Below are positions 1-10,298 of a stretch of 54,562 nucleotides of DNA, piece by piece. This DNA comes from Synechococcus sp. GTDB taxonomy: Bacteria; Cyanobacteriota; Cyanobacteriia; Thermostichales; PCC-7336. Positions within the stretch are counted from its first letter, which is position 1, and the number at the start of each line of letters is the position of its first letter. The stretch spans positions 1 to 54,562 of the forward strand of contig JBFRWD010000142.1 in the NCBI GenBank assembly GCA_051439425.1, read 5' to 3'. A program made the position numbers and the translations under genes. The notes beneath the pieces are model-generated. The model worked only from the letters and a program-made list of their open reading frames with translations, did not search any database and was not told the DNA's origin.

Positions 1-1919
1 GTGCGATCGCTAGTAATCTCAGGGCGACAGTAGCTGTGATAGACCGCAATCTCCGCCAACCCCGCCAGAATATCGGCAGTAGCAATCGCATCTGCCACCT
101 CCCGAATCAAACTGGCATAGCCCCCCACCTCCAGCCGCAGCGCTAACAACAAGTCGTACTCGAGCTGCTGCATGTCTGCTTGCGCCGTCAGAATGCGGGC
201 CTCCCGTTCCTTCAGCTCCGGTGTGATGTAGCGCTCCTCGTTCACCAGGGTTTGCTTGCGAATGTAGTCCTCCGGAGCCTGCTTCGACTTGGCCCGACTG
301 ACGCTGATGTAATAGCCAAACGCCTTGGTAAAGCCCACTTTCAGGGTGGGAATGCCTGTGCGCTCTCGCTCCGTGGTTTCTAACGAGGCAATCCACTGGC
401 GATCGCTGTCAATCTGCTCCCGCAACTCATCTAAGGATTCATCCACTCCCGACTGAATCAATCCCCCCTCCGTCAGCGTCAGCGGCGGATGCGGCACCAA
501 CGTGGCCCGCAATCGCATCCCCAATTTCTCCAGCTCGGGGTCCACAGTCTGCAGCCGCTGCAGCAACTCCGCCTGCGCCCCCTCCAGCAACCGCGCCAAC
601 TCCGGCAGCTTTTCAAGAGAGGTGGCCAGACCGATCAAATCGCGAGCGTTTGCCGTCCCCGATCCCGCTCGACCCGCCAGTCGCTCTAGGTCATACACCT
701 CGTTGAGCGCTGTCTGCAGATCGGTGCGCAAGTGACCGTCATCCGCCAGCTCAGCCAACCCATCCTGTCGCTGTTGAATTCCTGCCACGCTCAGCAATGG
801 CTGCAACATCCAGCGGCGCAAGGCCCGACTGCCCATTGCCGTACGGGTGCGATCGAGCGCCCACAATAGTGAACCGTGAAATACCCCATCCCGCACTGTC
901 TTCAACAGCTCCAAATTGCGGCGGGTTTGGTTATCTACAATCAGGAACTTATCCAGAGCGTAGGTCTGCAATCGCTCCAGAGTCAGAGGCGTATCCTTGC
1001 GGGTTTCGCTCAGGTAATTCAGCAACCCTCCTGCCGCCCGAATCGCTAGCGGCAGTCGTTCGCAGCCAAACCCCTCCAACGACTTGACGTTAAATCGCAG
1101 CACCAGCTCGGAGCGCGCTTCCCCCAAATCGAACGGACGCTGGGGCCGCAAGGTATAGCAATATTGGTTGGGCAACCCTTCGGGAATGCGTCCACCCCCC
1201 GCTTCCCCCGGCCGGAAAAGTCCTAAATTGCGCCCTGTCTCGTCCACCGGAAACAAAATCTCGGCGGGATTGAGGCGCAGCAGTTCTTGGCTGAGGCGAT
1301 CGACGTGCTTGTGTTGGGTGACGCGAAATTCTCCGGTAGAGATATCGGTGTAGGCCAGCCCCCACTCTTGATTGGGGCTACGACCCACAATCACGATCGC
1401 CGCTAAATAGTTATTCTGCTTGGCCGCCAGCAGCCCCTCTTCCAAAATCGTCCCCGGTGTAATTACCCGAGACACGTCCCGAGAAATCAGTCCCTTGGCT
1501 TGATCGGCAGATTCTAGCTGCTCGCAAATGGCGATCGCGTATCCTTTCTGCACCAGCTGCGAGGCATACCGATCCATGGCGTGGTGGGGCACTCCCGCCA
1601 TCGGAATCCGCCCCAAGTTCTTGTCCGGCCGCCCCGTCAGCACCAGCTCCAGCTCGCGGGCCACGGTGTAGGCGTCTTTAAAAAAGGTCTCGTAAAAGTC
1701 TCCACAGCGATACATCAGCAGCGCCTGCGGATACTGCTCTTTCATCTCCGCATAGTGAGCCATCATCGGCGTCAGCTTGCTGCGATCCATCGCCAAAACG
1801 TTCCACTGCTCGGCAGGATCTTCCAGGCTGGGCATGGGTGCTTTAGCTGCCTTGGTATCGCTTGCTTTGGTGTTGCTTGCCTGGGCGGATTCGGGTTTGC
1901 CGGTTTTGGTGGATGGCAT
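1..1919 (-). CDS. mutS: DNA mismatch repair protein MutS (5' part; gene continues beyond the left edge)
   Basis: Manual minus-strand translation from ATG at 1919 gives ...[36 protein letters not shown]...[14 protein letters not shown]...RVITPGT, the MutS domain I signature (GDFYE). It is absent from the ORF track, consistent with no stop codon inside the window. Confidence 0.96.
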   Translation of the reverse strand, partial: MPSTKTGKPESAQASNTKASDTKAAKAPMPSLEDPAEQWNVLAMDRSKLTPMMAHYAEMKEQYPQALLMYRCGDFYETFFKDAYTVARELELVLTGRPDKNLGRIPMAGVPHHAMDRYASQLVQKGYAIAICEQLESADQAKGLISRDVSRVITPGTILEEGLLAAKQNNYLAAIVIVGRSPNQEWGLAYTDISTGEFRVTQHKHVDRLSQELLRLNPAEILFPVDETGRNLGLFRPGEAGGGRIPEGLPNQYCYTLRPQRPFDLGEARSELVLRFNVKSLEGFGCERLPLAIRAAGGLLNYLSETRKDTPLTLERLQTYALDKFLIVDNQTRRNLELLKTVRDGVFHGSLLWALDRTRTAMGSRALRRWMLQPLLSVAGIQQRQDGLAELADDGHLRTDLQTALNEVYDLERLAGRAGSGTANARDLIGLATSLEKLPELARLLEGAQAELLQRLQTVDPELEKLGMRLRATLVPHPPLTLTEGGLIQSGVDESLDELREQIDSDRQWIASLETTERERTGIPTLKVGFTKAFGYYISVSRAKSKQAPEDYIRKQTLVNEERYITPELKEREARILTAQADMQQLEYDLLLALRLEVGGYASLIREVADAIATADILAGLAEIAVYHSYCRPEITSDR

Positions 1920-2030
1920 AGAGGAAAGGCTGGAGTCTCGGTGTTTCGTGAGCGGTCACTCCCAAAAGGGTTGCCGTGTCAGTACGGTAACCGATGCCTC
2001 TCGATTTCTAGATAGCCGTTTAGTTCTTCT

Positions 2031-2525
2031 TTAGCAAAGCAATCTCGGTTGAGTCTGCCTTGATGCATAGAGAGGATGCCGCGGTTGACCGGAACGGTTG
2101 CGCTCCAAGCAATAGGCTGGGCGATCGCCCAGCAACTCCAATACTTCACAATCGCGATTCAACAACGTCCCCCAATTTCCCCAAGCCAACACCAGCAATT
2201 CAGCGCGATCGCTAGCCGCCACAATAAACTCATTGGTCCTTTCCCCCACCGGATCGCTAGCCTGCTTGAGCTGTTGTGGACGAGTTGCCCGATAGGAAAA
2301 TAAATTCACCACCTCTATCGACCCGTATCCCCAATCGCGCGCAAACCCTATACACCTTCGAATCGTGGGGTCGTTCACCTCAGCATCAGCCGTACTGGGA
2401 TTTAGCATCACGAATGCCACCCGAGGCAAGGTCTCATCCCACAACCGCCACAAGTTATAGCGATAGCGACCTGTTTTATCGAAAGTGGCTCCAGTTGCTT
2501 GAGGGGGAGTTGAGGTTAAAGGCAA
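2031..2525 (-). CDS. DUF1643 family protein
   Basis: RYRYNLWRLWD...FVMLNPSTAD...DPTIRRCIGFARDWGYG...NLFSYRAT...PRHPLY motifs typical of DUF1643. Confidence 0.88.
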   Translation of the reverse strand: MPLTSTPPQATGATFDKTGRYRYNLWRLWDETLPRVAFVMLNPSTADAEVNDPTIRRCIGFARDWGYGSIEVVNLFSYRATRPQQLKQASDPVGERTNEFIVAASDRAELLVLAWGNWGTLLNRDCEVLELLGDRPAYCLERNRSGQPRHPLYASRQTQPRLLC

Positions 2526-2546
2526 TTCAGTTGAGAGAACGCGTTC

Positions 2547-3479
2547 TCACAATCTTCGCAGGCGATCGCACAACAACTCGTACACTCCATCCGCATCTAC
2601 CTGCTCCATTACACGGATATTGGCCTTCGGCTCGGTAATGTCCCACAAGTCCACAACCAGCCGCCCCATCGTGGTTTCGCTCAGGGTTTCCACCTCCACC
2701 GAGAACAGTCGCCCTTCAAATAACTCCGGTTGCAGCAGATAGGCGATGGGGCAGGGGTCGTGCAAAAAGCCGCCGGGGGTACCGTAGCGGTTCATGCTGA
2801 ATTGGCCGTAAAACTCCAACATGTCAGCAGCGGCGATCGCCGGTTGCGTACCGATAGCGCGAATAGCTTGCAACCGCTCTGGAGTGCTGATGACCTTGTG
2901 GGTGAGGTCGAGGGTGAAGAGCGAGATTGGGGCACCGCAGTTGAGTACGACTTGGGCAGCGTGAGGATCGACGTAGAAGTTGAATTCAGCAGAGGGGGTG
3001 ATGTTTCCTTGGGTGATGGCACCGCCCATGATGGCGATTTCGGCGATGTTCTCCACTAGATCTGGAGCTTGGATGAATGCTAGGGCCAGGTTTGTCAGGG
3101 GGCCGACGGCGGCAATAGTGACGGGTTCGGGGGCGTTGGCGATCGCCTCCATCAAGTACGAAACCGCATGCTGAGATTGCAGCGGCATAGTGGGGTCAGG
3201 CAGCGTTGCCCCGTCCAGACCGGTTTTGCCATGAACTTCGCGAGCCGTTTCCAAGACTCGCAGCATGGGGCGGGGGCATCCGGCATACACCTTGACTTCG
3301 GGATGTCCGGCCAGTTCGCAGATTTTGCGGGCATTGCTGTGGGTGAGGTCGAGGGGGACGTTGCCTGCAACGGTGGTGATGGCTTGGAGGTCGAGCTCAT
3401 CTGGAGACGCGAGGACGAGCAGAATGGCGATCGCATCGTCCACCCCCGGATCGCAGTCAATAATTAGCGGTCTTGCCAC
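2547..3479 (-). CDS. Inosine/uridine-preferring nucleoside hydrolase
   Basis: IIDCDPGVDDA, GPLTNLA, AEFNFYVDPHAA and LHDP motifs. The start is placed at GTG 3479 by homology; the ORF track starts at 3530. Confidence 0.93.
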   Translation of the reverse strand: MARPLIIDCDPGVDDAIAILLVLASPDELDLQAITTVAGNVPLDLTHSNARKICELAGHPEVKVYAGCPRPMLRVLETAREVHGKTGLDGATLPDPTMPLQSQHAVSYLMEAIANAPEPVTIAAVGPLTNLALAFIQAPDLVENIAEIAIMGGAITQGNITPSAEFNFYVDPHAAQVVLNCGAPISLFTLDLTHKVISTPERLQAIRAIGTQPAIAAADMLEFYGQFSMNRYGTPGGFLHDPCPIAYLLQPELFEGRLFSVEVETLSETTMGRLVVDLWDITEPKANIRVMEQVDADGVYELLCDRLRRL

Positions 3480-3558
3480 AGCGCCGTTCCCCCATTTAGA
3501 AGCAATCGAGTTGAGCCTACTCGATCGCACGCGGCTCCGCCCAAGAGCAACGTCACCG

Positions 3559-3590
3559 AAAAAGGCGTCCTGACTCCAAGAGCAGGACGC
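3559..3590 (-). terminator. Rho-independent terminator of the repeat-protein gene
   Basis: 8-bp stem GCGTCCTG/CAGGACGC followed by a T-run on the minus strand, about 45 nt after the stop at 3635. Confidence 0.7.
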
Positions 3591-3634
3591 GAGCGGAAGC
3601 GTAAAACGAGGAAGGATGAAAAGTCCGTGGAAGT

Positions 3635-4006
3635 TTAGTACAGGCCAGACTCGCTGCTGGTCGATGCATCATTTAACTTCTGCAGGAACTCGGGGCGGAA
3701 GTTTTTGTTGTACACGCCAGACTCGCTGCTGGTGGAGTTCGCTTCTACTTTTTGTAGGAACTCAGGGCGGAAATTTTTGTTGTAGATTCCAGATTCGCTG
3801 CTGGAAGAATTGGCCTCTACTTTCTGTAAAAACTCGGGGCGGAAGTTTTTGTTGTGGATGCCGTTTTCGCTACTGGTGCTGCGCTCTTCAATTCGATCTA
3901 AGGTTTCCAGAATGGATGCGTTGGTGGTGGCTGGAGCCGCGACGGTAATAGTGGCAACAGCGGCGATTGCGAAGGTGGCGGAAGAAAGAGTTTTGAAAGC
4001 GTTCAT
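3635..4006 (-). CDS. Secreted protein with 24-aa tandem repeats
   Basis: GGAG RBS before ATG 4006; signal peptide MNAFKTLSSATFAIAAVATITVAAPATTNA; 3 full repeats plus a partial of S(T/S)SSE(S/N)G(I/V)(Y/H)NKNFRPEFLQK(VEAN/LNDA); downstream terminator. Confidence 0.8.
   Translation of the reverse strand: MNAFKTLSSATFAIAAVATITVAAPATTNASILETLDRIEERSTSSENGIHNKNFRPEFLQKVEANSSSSESGIYNKNFRPEFLQKVEANSTSSESGVYNKNFRPEFLQKLNDASTSSESGLY
3645..3883. repeat. 72-bp coding tandem repeat (about 3.3 units)
   Basis: Units start at 3645, 3717, 3789 and 3861 (CCAGACTCGCTGCTGG.../CCAGATTCGCTGCTGG.../CCGTTTTCGCTACTGG); differences within the conserved core are mostly synonymous. Confidence 0.92.
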
Positions 4007-4159
4007 GATGAAATCTCCGTAGCCGTTAGAAGTGCGTTTCCTTGACACTTCCTAGTAAATGGCTCACCCCTGAGACCTCACCGAATCTCCCATCCATCTC
4101 CGCTAAGGGTTGCGTGAACAATTCCTCGCGTCAATCTCAGAGTCCTCTCAGGTGGGGGA

Positions 4160-4198
4160 GAACCAACCACATTCCGGCTTGCTAAAGGTGGTTGGTTC
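4160..4198 (-). terminator. Stem-loop downstream of the 102-aa secreted protein gene
   Basis: Perfect 11-bp inverted repeat GAACCAACCAC (4160-4170) / GTGGTTGGTTC (4188-4198); the T-tail is weak. Confidence 0.5.
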
Positions 4199-4219
4199 GC
4201 AGCGAGTGCACCAGTCACC

Positions 4220-4528
4220 TTACTGATGACCCACGCAGATCCATTCCCATTGTTCGTAGTCAAACCAGGAGTAGTCCGGCACGCACATCTCGGGACGAGG
4301 AGGAATTGGCTGGGCGATATGAGTGACCTGGGGAACGACCGGTTGAACGGGTTCGGCAACAATCGTCGCTGATTGAGGGGCGACCCGTTGGGGGGCGACC
4401 CGTTGGGGGGACACCGCACTCTGAGATTGAAAGCGCATGGGAGCTTCTTGGGCGATCGCGCTGGTACCGGTGAATAGGGTTGCAAGGCCGATGATTCCGA
4501 TGGCAAAGCGTTGTTTGGTAGCGTTCAT
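4220..4528 (-). CDS. Small secreted Pro/Gln-rich protein with a C-terminal Cys-bounded aromatic motif
   Basis: AAGGAG RBS; signal peptide ending AIA|Q; PQRVA repeats; C-terminus CVPDYSWFDYEQWEWICVGHQ. Confidence 0.72.
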   Translation of the reverse strand: MNATKQRFAIGIIGLATLFTGTSAIAQEAPMRFQSQSAVSPQRVAPQRVAPQSATIVAEPVQPVVPQVTHIAQPIPPRPEMCVPDYSWFDYEQWEWICVGHQ

Positions 4529-4773
4529 GGTCTAACTCCTTTCGAGTGATTGATAGCTGTTTCGTTGACATTGCTATCTTCTCGAAGCTCGCTTGAATCC
4601 ACCGTGTTCGCTGTCTTATCAACCCTGTGATGCTCGACACACAGGCTATTGTGCTGAGGTGTCGTTCAACAATGACGTTTGCCACTTCAGTCAGGACAAA
4701 GGTTTCCGATCGCCGTCAGGGTTGAACATAATTGCATCCGCCGTAAACGTTAGGACAGTGCTCTGGCGATCGG

Positions 4774-7056
4774 TCAATTCACCACAGCCGCGATCGCCTC
4801 AGCATCAATCTCGAAAAAATAGCGTCGCAAGTAATCCTCTTCTGCCAACGCTTGCTGAAACACGGAAATCTGGGCTTTTGCCTCTGCTGAGTGATCCGAC
4901 GAAGTGGGTTCGTTATAAGCCGCGACTGAAAAGCGATCGCCCTCCCACACCACCTCAAATCCGACCGCTTGCAAAGCCTGAATCCCTCGCTCCAGGACAT
5001 CCGTAGAAACCTGCAAACTGTCGCTCCAATGGTCGACTGTTGCCGATACTCCGAGCTGGAGGAGGGATTTCGCCCATCCCACCAACGTTGTCCACGCCTG
5101 TGGTGAAGTTCTCTCACTCGGTCTCGGATAGGCCAACACTAAGTCTTGTTTGGGGCGAAGACGGCTGAAAATCTGCGTCCAAGTGCTGGGGCATTGAGTC
5201 AAGACGACGGAAGCGGGGAGGGAATCAAGACGATTGGCGATCGCCGCTTCAGATTGACCGCGCAAATCGACCACGGTGTGAGGGGTGGGCTGAGCCAGTG
5301 GAACACTAGAGTTTTCGGCAGGACGAACATCAATTAAGCGCACTTGGTACCCAAAGGACGAGCCTTGACGCTCTCGTTGGGTACTCATGTAATCTAGCTC
5401 GACCACAGCATCGCATAACCCTTGAGGAATCTCGTACGAGGGGTGACCCCACCAGATGCCATTGATACTGGATGTGCGATCGCGCAGGGTAAAGGTGGTG
5501 TAGATATATCGCACGGTCTGGCCGCTGGAGTCTTTGCTATTGCGATTGCGAATGTTATCGAATTTGACCCCCCGCAGCAGGAGTTTCGGAATAGGATTAC
5601 CCATCCCAAACGGCTCCAACTGACGCATTTGCCGAAACAAAGACTGGCCGAGGTCCCCAACGCTGAGTTCTAGATCGGTCGTCAGCTCGGGACCAGGCAG
5701 ATTGCGGGGGAACAGTTGTCGCAGGGTGCGATTGAGACGCTGCTGCAAAAGGGGAAGGTTTGCAGCAGAGAGTCTGAGGCCAGCGGCGAGAGGATGGCCA
5801 CCGAAGGATAGCAGCAAGTCTTGTTGCAGGTTGAGAAGGTCGTACAGGTTGATGCCATTGACCGAACGAGCCGACCCCACCGCAATACCGTTCTCAATAC
5901 AGAACACGAAAGTGGGGCGGTGGTAGTCGCGTGCAATCTCCCCGGCAACGATACCCAAGATGCCAACAGGCCAGTCGGTAGCAGCCAGCACGATCGCGGC
6001 ATTTGTGGATAAATCCAAGAGCTCTAGCTGGTCTAAGGCCTGTCGCTTCAGCGTTGCTTGTATCCCCTTGCGACGAGTGTTGGCCAATTCGGTCCGCTCG
6101 ACGAGCAACTTAGCCCGATCGAGATCGCGCTCGACCAGCATCTCCACACAAAAGCTGGCGTCCCCATAAATACGACTGACGGCATTGATACGCGGGCCAA
6201 TCCCAAAAGCAATGTCCATCGCGCGATCGCCAGCTCGCTTGCAATTAGCCAGCAGCAGTTCTACAGCAGGACGTTGTTTTTGTTTCAGTTGTTCGATGCC
6301 CAGTTGAGCCAGATAGCGAACATCCCCCTTTAACTCAACTAGGTCGGCCACTAAACCGATGGCGACTAAATCCAGAAGCTCGGACAGAGGGCGATCGGGG
6401 ATGGTTGGATCTGTGAGGTAGAGAGCCTCGACTAGCTTGTAAGCAACGGCAACCCCGGACAGAGTGTAAAGAGGATGATCTTTGGCAAACTGGCGTGGAT
6501 TGATGATGGCAACACCATCTAAAGGTTCTGCTGGCAGGGTGTGGTGGTCGGTGATGATGATATCGATGCCAAGCTGGCGGGCGGTGGCGATTGCGTCCAG
6601 GCTAGTGCTGCCGGTGTCGCACGTCACAATCAGCGCTGTACCCTCTACATGCAGGCGCTCAACCCCCTTTGCGGATACTCCGTGGGATTCTGTCAGGCGA
6701 TTGGGGATGTAAAAGTTGAGGTGGGATGAATCGAAAAATTGGCCCAGACCGTCTAGCAATACAGCCGTTGCGGTGACTCCGTCAGCATCAAAGTCTCCCC
6801 AAATGGTGACAATCTCTTGCCGATCGCGGGCTGCAAGCAAGCGATTGATCGCCTGTCGCATATCAGTAAATGCCCACGGTTCGGTAGGAGTGTATCTCTC
6901 GGGCTGACAAAATCCCGCGACTTCTTGAGGTCGCTTAAGTCCTCGTTGCCACAGAAGCTGAGCAGCCACGCTACCCACCTGTTCCACCATCCAGTCAGGT
7001 GGCGCGGAGACACAGGATGGCTTCCATTGTTTAGGAGGAATCTGGCGGACAGTCAT
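4774..7056 (-). CDS. recJ: Single-stranded-DNA exonuclease RecJ (long cyanobacterial form)
   Basis: WGDFDADG, TCDTG, TDHH and GGHPLAAG DHH/DHHA1 motifs. Confidence 0.95.
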   Translation of the reverse strand: MTVRQIPPKQWKPSCVSAPPDWMVEQVGSVAAQLLWQRGLKRPQEVAGFCQPERYTPTEPWAFTDMRQAINRLLAARDRQEIVTIWGDFDADGVTATAVLLDGLGQFFDSSHLNFYIPNRLTESHGVSAKGVERLHVEGTALIVTCDTGSTSLDAIATARQLGIDIIITDHHTLPAEPLDGVAIINPRQFAKDHPLYTLSGVAVAYKLVEALYLTDPTIPDRPLSELLDLVAIGLVADLVELKGDVRYLAQLGIEQLKQKQRPAVELLLANCKRAGDRAMDIAFGIGPRINAVSRIYGDASFCVEMLVERDLDRAKLLVERTELANTRRKGIQATLKRQALDQLELLDLSTNAAIVLAATDWPVGILGIVAGEIARDYHRPTFVFCIENGIAVGSARSVNGINLYDLLNLQQDLLLSFGGHPLAAGLRLSAANLPLLQQRLNRTLRQLFPRNLPGPELTTDLELSVGDLGQSLFRQMRQLEPFGMGNPIPKLLLRGVKFDNIRNRNSKDSSGQTVRYIYTTFTLRDRTSSINGIWWGHPSYEIPQGLCDAVVELDYMSTQRERQGSSFGYQVRLIDVRPAENSSVPLAQPTPHTVVDLRGQSEAAIANRLDSLPASVVLTQCPSTWTQIFSRLRPKQDLVLAYPRPSERTSPQAWTTLVGWAKSLLQLGVSATVDHWSDSLQVSTDVLERGIQALQAVGFEVVWEGDRFSVAAYNEPTSSDHSAEAKAQISVFQQALAEEDYLRRYFFEIDAEAIAAVVN

Positions 7057-7089
7057 AACAAACTGCAGCAGACGTGTAGGGCGAGCAAA

Positions 7090-8307
7090 CTACGAGATGT
7101 TCAACCGAACGGCCGTTGCCGCTGTTGTGGCGCGATCGCGAGCCTCCTCCACCGACTCTCCCGCCGCTACTACAACTCCCAGCCGCCGATTGGGATACGC
7201 TTGCGGCTTGCCAAATAAGAGCAGTTGACTTTCCGGTACCGCCAACGCTGCGTCCAAGTTCTCAAACTGAATCGAGTCTCCAGCAGCATCTGCCAGTACC
7301 ACAGCAGATGCTGCTGGGGTCAGTAAGCGAATTTCGGGAATGGGCAACCCCAGCAAGGCCCGTGCATGTAAGGCAAACTCGCTCAAATTTTGACTACCCA
7401 GCGTTACCAGCCCAGTGTCGTGGGGACGGGGGGAGACTTCGCTAAACCATACCGTGTCTCCCTTGATGAAAAGTTCGACCCCAAAAATACCGTAACCACC
7501 CAATGCATCTGTTATGCGCTTGGCGATATCTTGCGATCTCTCCAACGCCACCTCAGACATGGCACAGGGCTGCCAACTTTCACGATAGTCACCCGATTCC
7601 TGACGGTGGCCGATGGGAGGGCAGAAGAACGTGCCATTGCAGGCACGGACCGTTAGCAGCGTGATTTCGTAATCGAAATCAACAAACCCCTCGACGATGA
7701 CTTCAGGAGGGGCAGCAGATTTGGAACCGCGACCGCCAGAGCAGGCGTAATCCCACGATCGTTCAAGCTGTTCGGGAATTTTGGCAACACTTTGGCCTTT
7801 GCCGCTGGAACTCATGATCGGCTTAATCACGCAGGGAAATCCCACCTCGTTAGCAGCCGCTTTCAGTTCGGATAGCGATCGCGCAAATCGATAGGGACTG
7901 GTGGGCAACCCCAGCTCTTCGCCAGCCAATTGGCGAATGCCTCGTCGGTTCATGGTCAAGCGCACCGCTCGTGCCGTAGGAATGACTCCCTGACCGTTGG
8001 CTTCTAGCTCTTCCAGGGTTTTGGTGCTTATCGCTTCCACCTCTGGCACCACCAAGTCCGGCTGTTCTTTGGCAATCACTGCCGTAAGCTCCATAGCATC
8101 CAGCATGTTCGCCACATACGAGCGATGGGCTACCGCATGAGCGGGGGCGTTGGGGTAGCGATCCACCGCGATTGTTTCCACCCCTAGCCGCTGCAGTTCG
8201 ATAACAACTTCTTTTCCTAATTCTCCACTCCCCAGCAACATGACTTTGCGGGCACCGGGTTGGTGAGGGGTACCGTAACGGATAGAAGCGGATGCGGATG
8301 GACTCAA
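7090..8307 (-). CDS. purT: Formate-dependent phosphoribosylglycinamide formyltransferase
   Basis: [35 protein letters not shown]. The start is uncertain (TTG 8307 by homology, or ATG 8412); the ORF-track start overlaps the upstream gene. Confidence 0.95.
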   Translation of the reverse strand: MSPSASASIRYGTPHQPGARKVMLLGSGELGKEVVIELQRLGVETIAVDRYPNAPAHAVAHRSYVANMLDAMELTAVIAKEQPDLVVPEVEAISTKTLEELEANGQGVIPTARAVRLTMNRRGIRQLAGEELGLPTSPYRFARSLSELKAAANEVGFPCVIKPIMSSSGKGQSVAKIPEQLERSWDYACSGGRGSKSAAPPEVIVEGFVDFDYEITLLTVRACNGTFFCPPIGHRQESGDYRESWQPCAMSEVALERSQDIAKRITDALGGYGIFGVELFIKGDTVWFSEVSPRPHDTGLVTLGSQNLSEFALHARALLGLPIPEIRLLTPAASAVVLADAAGDSIQFENLDAALAVPESQLLLFGKPQAYPNRRLGVVVAAGESVEEARDRATTAATAVRLNIS

Positions 8308-8428
8308 GGCTTCGAATTCGGTAAACAACAGATAGTGGCTGAGGCGATCGAGCCGATCGCCGGAGCTGGCAACAGATGACTGAGTACAGACCGAGCCAAC
8401 CGTGCCAATCATCTCTCCCAACAGGGGA

Positions 8429-8965
8429 TTATGCTGCGGGTTTCGGAGAAAGTTTACGAATGTCGGAGCTGAGAGAGGCGGCGCTGAACCCATCAGCAGT
8501 TTCCACGATGGTGGAACGGATACGCAGATTTTCGCTCGCAAACCAAGTCCGCTCTTTGAAGGCACCTGAATCGCTTGAGGCGTTCATTGTCAACGCATCA
8601 TCGCTGCCCAGCGAGTATTGTCCGGTAGATGTGTGGAACTGACCAACCGAGTGAGAGGTACGCACTAGTTTGCCTGTTGCTGCAATCCCACCGTCAGGAA
8701 TAAAGACAGAAATTGTAGTTTCGGTGCGATCGCCCTTATCCCCATCCAAACGCCCCGTCCAGACGTACTTCAGTCCTCCTGCTGTGCTAGCAGGTTCGAT
8801 GTCGTGCTGCTGACAAATCGTGGCGAGTTCGAAGGATGATGCGCTTAGAACCTCGACGGCGATCGTGCAACGACCACTGGCATAGCGACTATCTGCCACA
8901 TCGTGGTTGGTCCGCTGAGACAGCCAGTCGCCTTCACTCTGCTGCAAAAATTCTTCGAGGGTCAT
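8429..8965 (-). CDS. CpcS/CpeS-family phycobiliprotein lyase
   Basis: [17 protein letters not shown]...[13 protein letters not shown]...ASLSSDIR motifs of S/U-type lyases; exact paralog not resolved. Confidence 0.88.
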   Translation of the reverse strand: MTLEEFLQQSEGDWLSQRTNHDVADSRYASGRCTIAVEVLSASSFELATICQQHDIEPASTAGGLKYVWTGRLDGDKGDRTETTISVFIPDGGIAATGKLVRTSHSVGQFHTSTGQYSLGSDDALTMNASSDSGAFKERTWFASENLRIRSTIVETADGFSAASLSSDIRKLSPKPAA

Positions 8966-9198
8966 GCTTGGGGAAATCCCTGCCCAGTGAGGGATAGGTG
9001 CGATACATCTTGTCGATCTTATCGCAGCGTTGCAATCTCTCTATGGCAATCTCTCGCTTGGGCAAATCCCCGATCTGGCGTTAGCCAGAAAAACCGGTCA
9101 CTCTCAATGTGGGAGCTGTCAAACAGGAGCGCAACTGCTCCCATTCACTCTTTTGCCGTTTCTCAAGAGCAATACCTCTCGTGGCTGTGGATTCCAGT

Positions 9199-9987
9199 TT
9201 GATACTGACCAGCATTCGTAACCCGTGGATCAAGCAACTGCGGCAGTTACAGCGCAAGAAAGGTCGCCGCGAGCAAGGATGTTTTGTGGTGGAGGGGACT
9301 CATGCGTTGCAGGAGGCGATCGCTACTGGCTGGCCATTGAGTGCCGTCTGCTTCACCCCTCAGTGGTTGGAAAAATCTGGACACCTACTGAGCGAGATTG
9401 AGACCGAAGTACGGCAACAGCTCGTTGGTAACGATGTATTGGCGGCCATTGCCAGCACCCAAGCGCCAGATGGAGTCGTCACGATTTGCCGACATCGCGA
9501 ATCTCAAGCGGACACACAGTTCCCCACCCTGGGAATTGCGGTCGAGACGCTACAAGACCCCGGAAATTTGGGCACGCTGATTCGTTCGGCTGCGGCAGTC
9601 GAGTGCGATGGCATTTGGTTGAGTGTCGACAGCGTCGATCCTGAAAACCCCAAGGTGCTGCGATCGTCTGCCGGACAGTGGTTTCGCCAACCTCCAACCG
9701 TCACCGATCTACCTGCTTGGCTGCAAGCCTGTCAGCAAAACGGAGTTCGAGTGTTAGCTGCTGAAGCTGGAACGGCTGAAGTACCTGCGGCATCGATGTG
9801 GGATGTCGATCTAATACCGCCGACAGTCTTTTTGCTTGGGAATGAAGGGGCCGGGTTATCGGCGAAACTGCGAGCGCTGGCTGATGGAACCATTTCAATC
9901 CCCATGACTGCAGGTGTGGAGTCCCTGAATGTGGGAGTAGCAGGATCGCTTTTGCTCTACGAAACAAAGCGACAACGGCAGTCATAG
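9199..9987 (+). CDS. TrmH/SpoU-family RNA methyltransferase
   Basis: LTSIRNPWIK, QDPGNLGTLIRSA, LGNEGAG, IPM...ESLNV SPOUT motifs; start placed at TTG 9199. Confidence 0.93.
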   Translation: MILTSIRNPWIKQLRQLQRKKGRREQGCFVVEGTHALQEAIATGWPLSAVCFTPQWLEKSGHLLSEIETEVRQQLVGNDVLAAIASTQAPDGVVTICRHRESQADTQFPTLGIAVETLQDPGNLGTLIRSAAAVECDGIWLSVDSVDPENPKVLRSSAGQWFRQPPTVTDLPAWLQACQQNGVRVLAAEAGTAEVPAASMWDVDLIPPTVFLLGNEGAGLSAKLRALADGTISIPMTAGVESLNVGVAGSLLLYETKRQRQS

Positions 9988-10220
9988 GAGAAGATGTTCG
10001 AGGCAATTGAGTGTGTGAAAGAAAAGTATTTGAAATGTATATACCGAACGTTCGGTACATACAACCAGGTCAACACAATACAGCGATCGGCAATCCGCAA
10101 CAGAGGGTTTTCCAATCATCTCTCCTTATCAGTTATAGTTTTGAGCTTTCTACAGACTCCAGACCTAAGAGCGGATTGCCATATACCCTGTCAGAGCGGC
10201 TGGATCGAACTCTTGCTTTG

Positions 10221-10252
10221 AAAAAAACAGACACGCCCTGAGACTAGGGCGT
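10221..10252 (-). terminator. Rho-independent terminator after the DUF1350-fusion gene
   Basis: ACGCCCT/AGGGCGT stem followed shortly by T7 on the minus strand. Confidence 0.6.
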
Positions 10253-10298
10253 ACCTGTTTGGGAGCAACTAGAAATGACGCGGGAGTCTATCCAGCCA

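Noticed and set aside
19..2034. Short ORF-track calls in the first 2 kb
   Set aside because: They are shadow frames of mutS on the minus strand
3645..3883. Possible CRISPR array
   Set aside because: The units are contiguous 72-bp in-frame coding repeats with no unique spacers, and no cas genes are present
8308..8565. Long N-terminal extension of PurT in the ORF track
   Set aside because: It overlaps the lyase gene and has no PurT similarity; most likely an over-extended start
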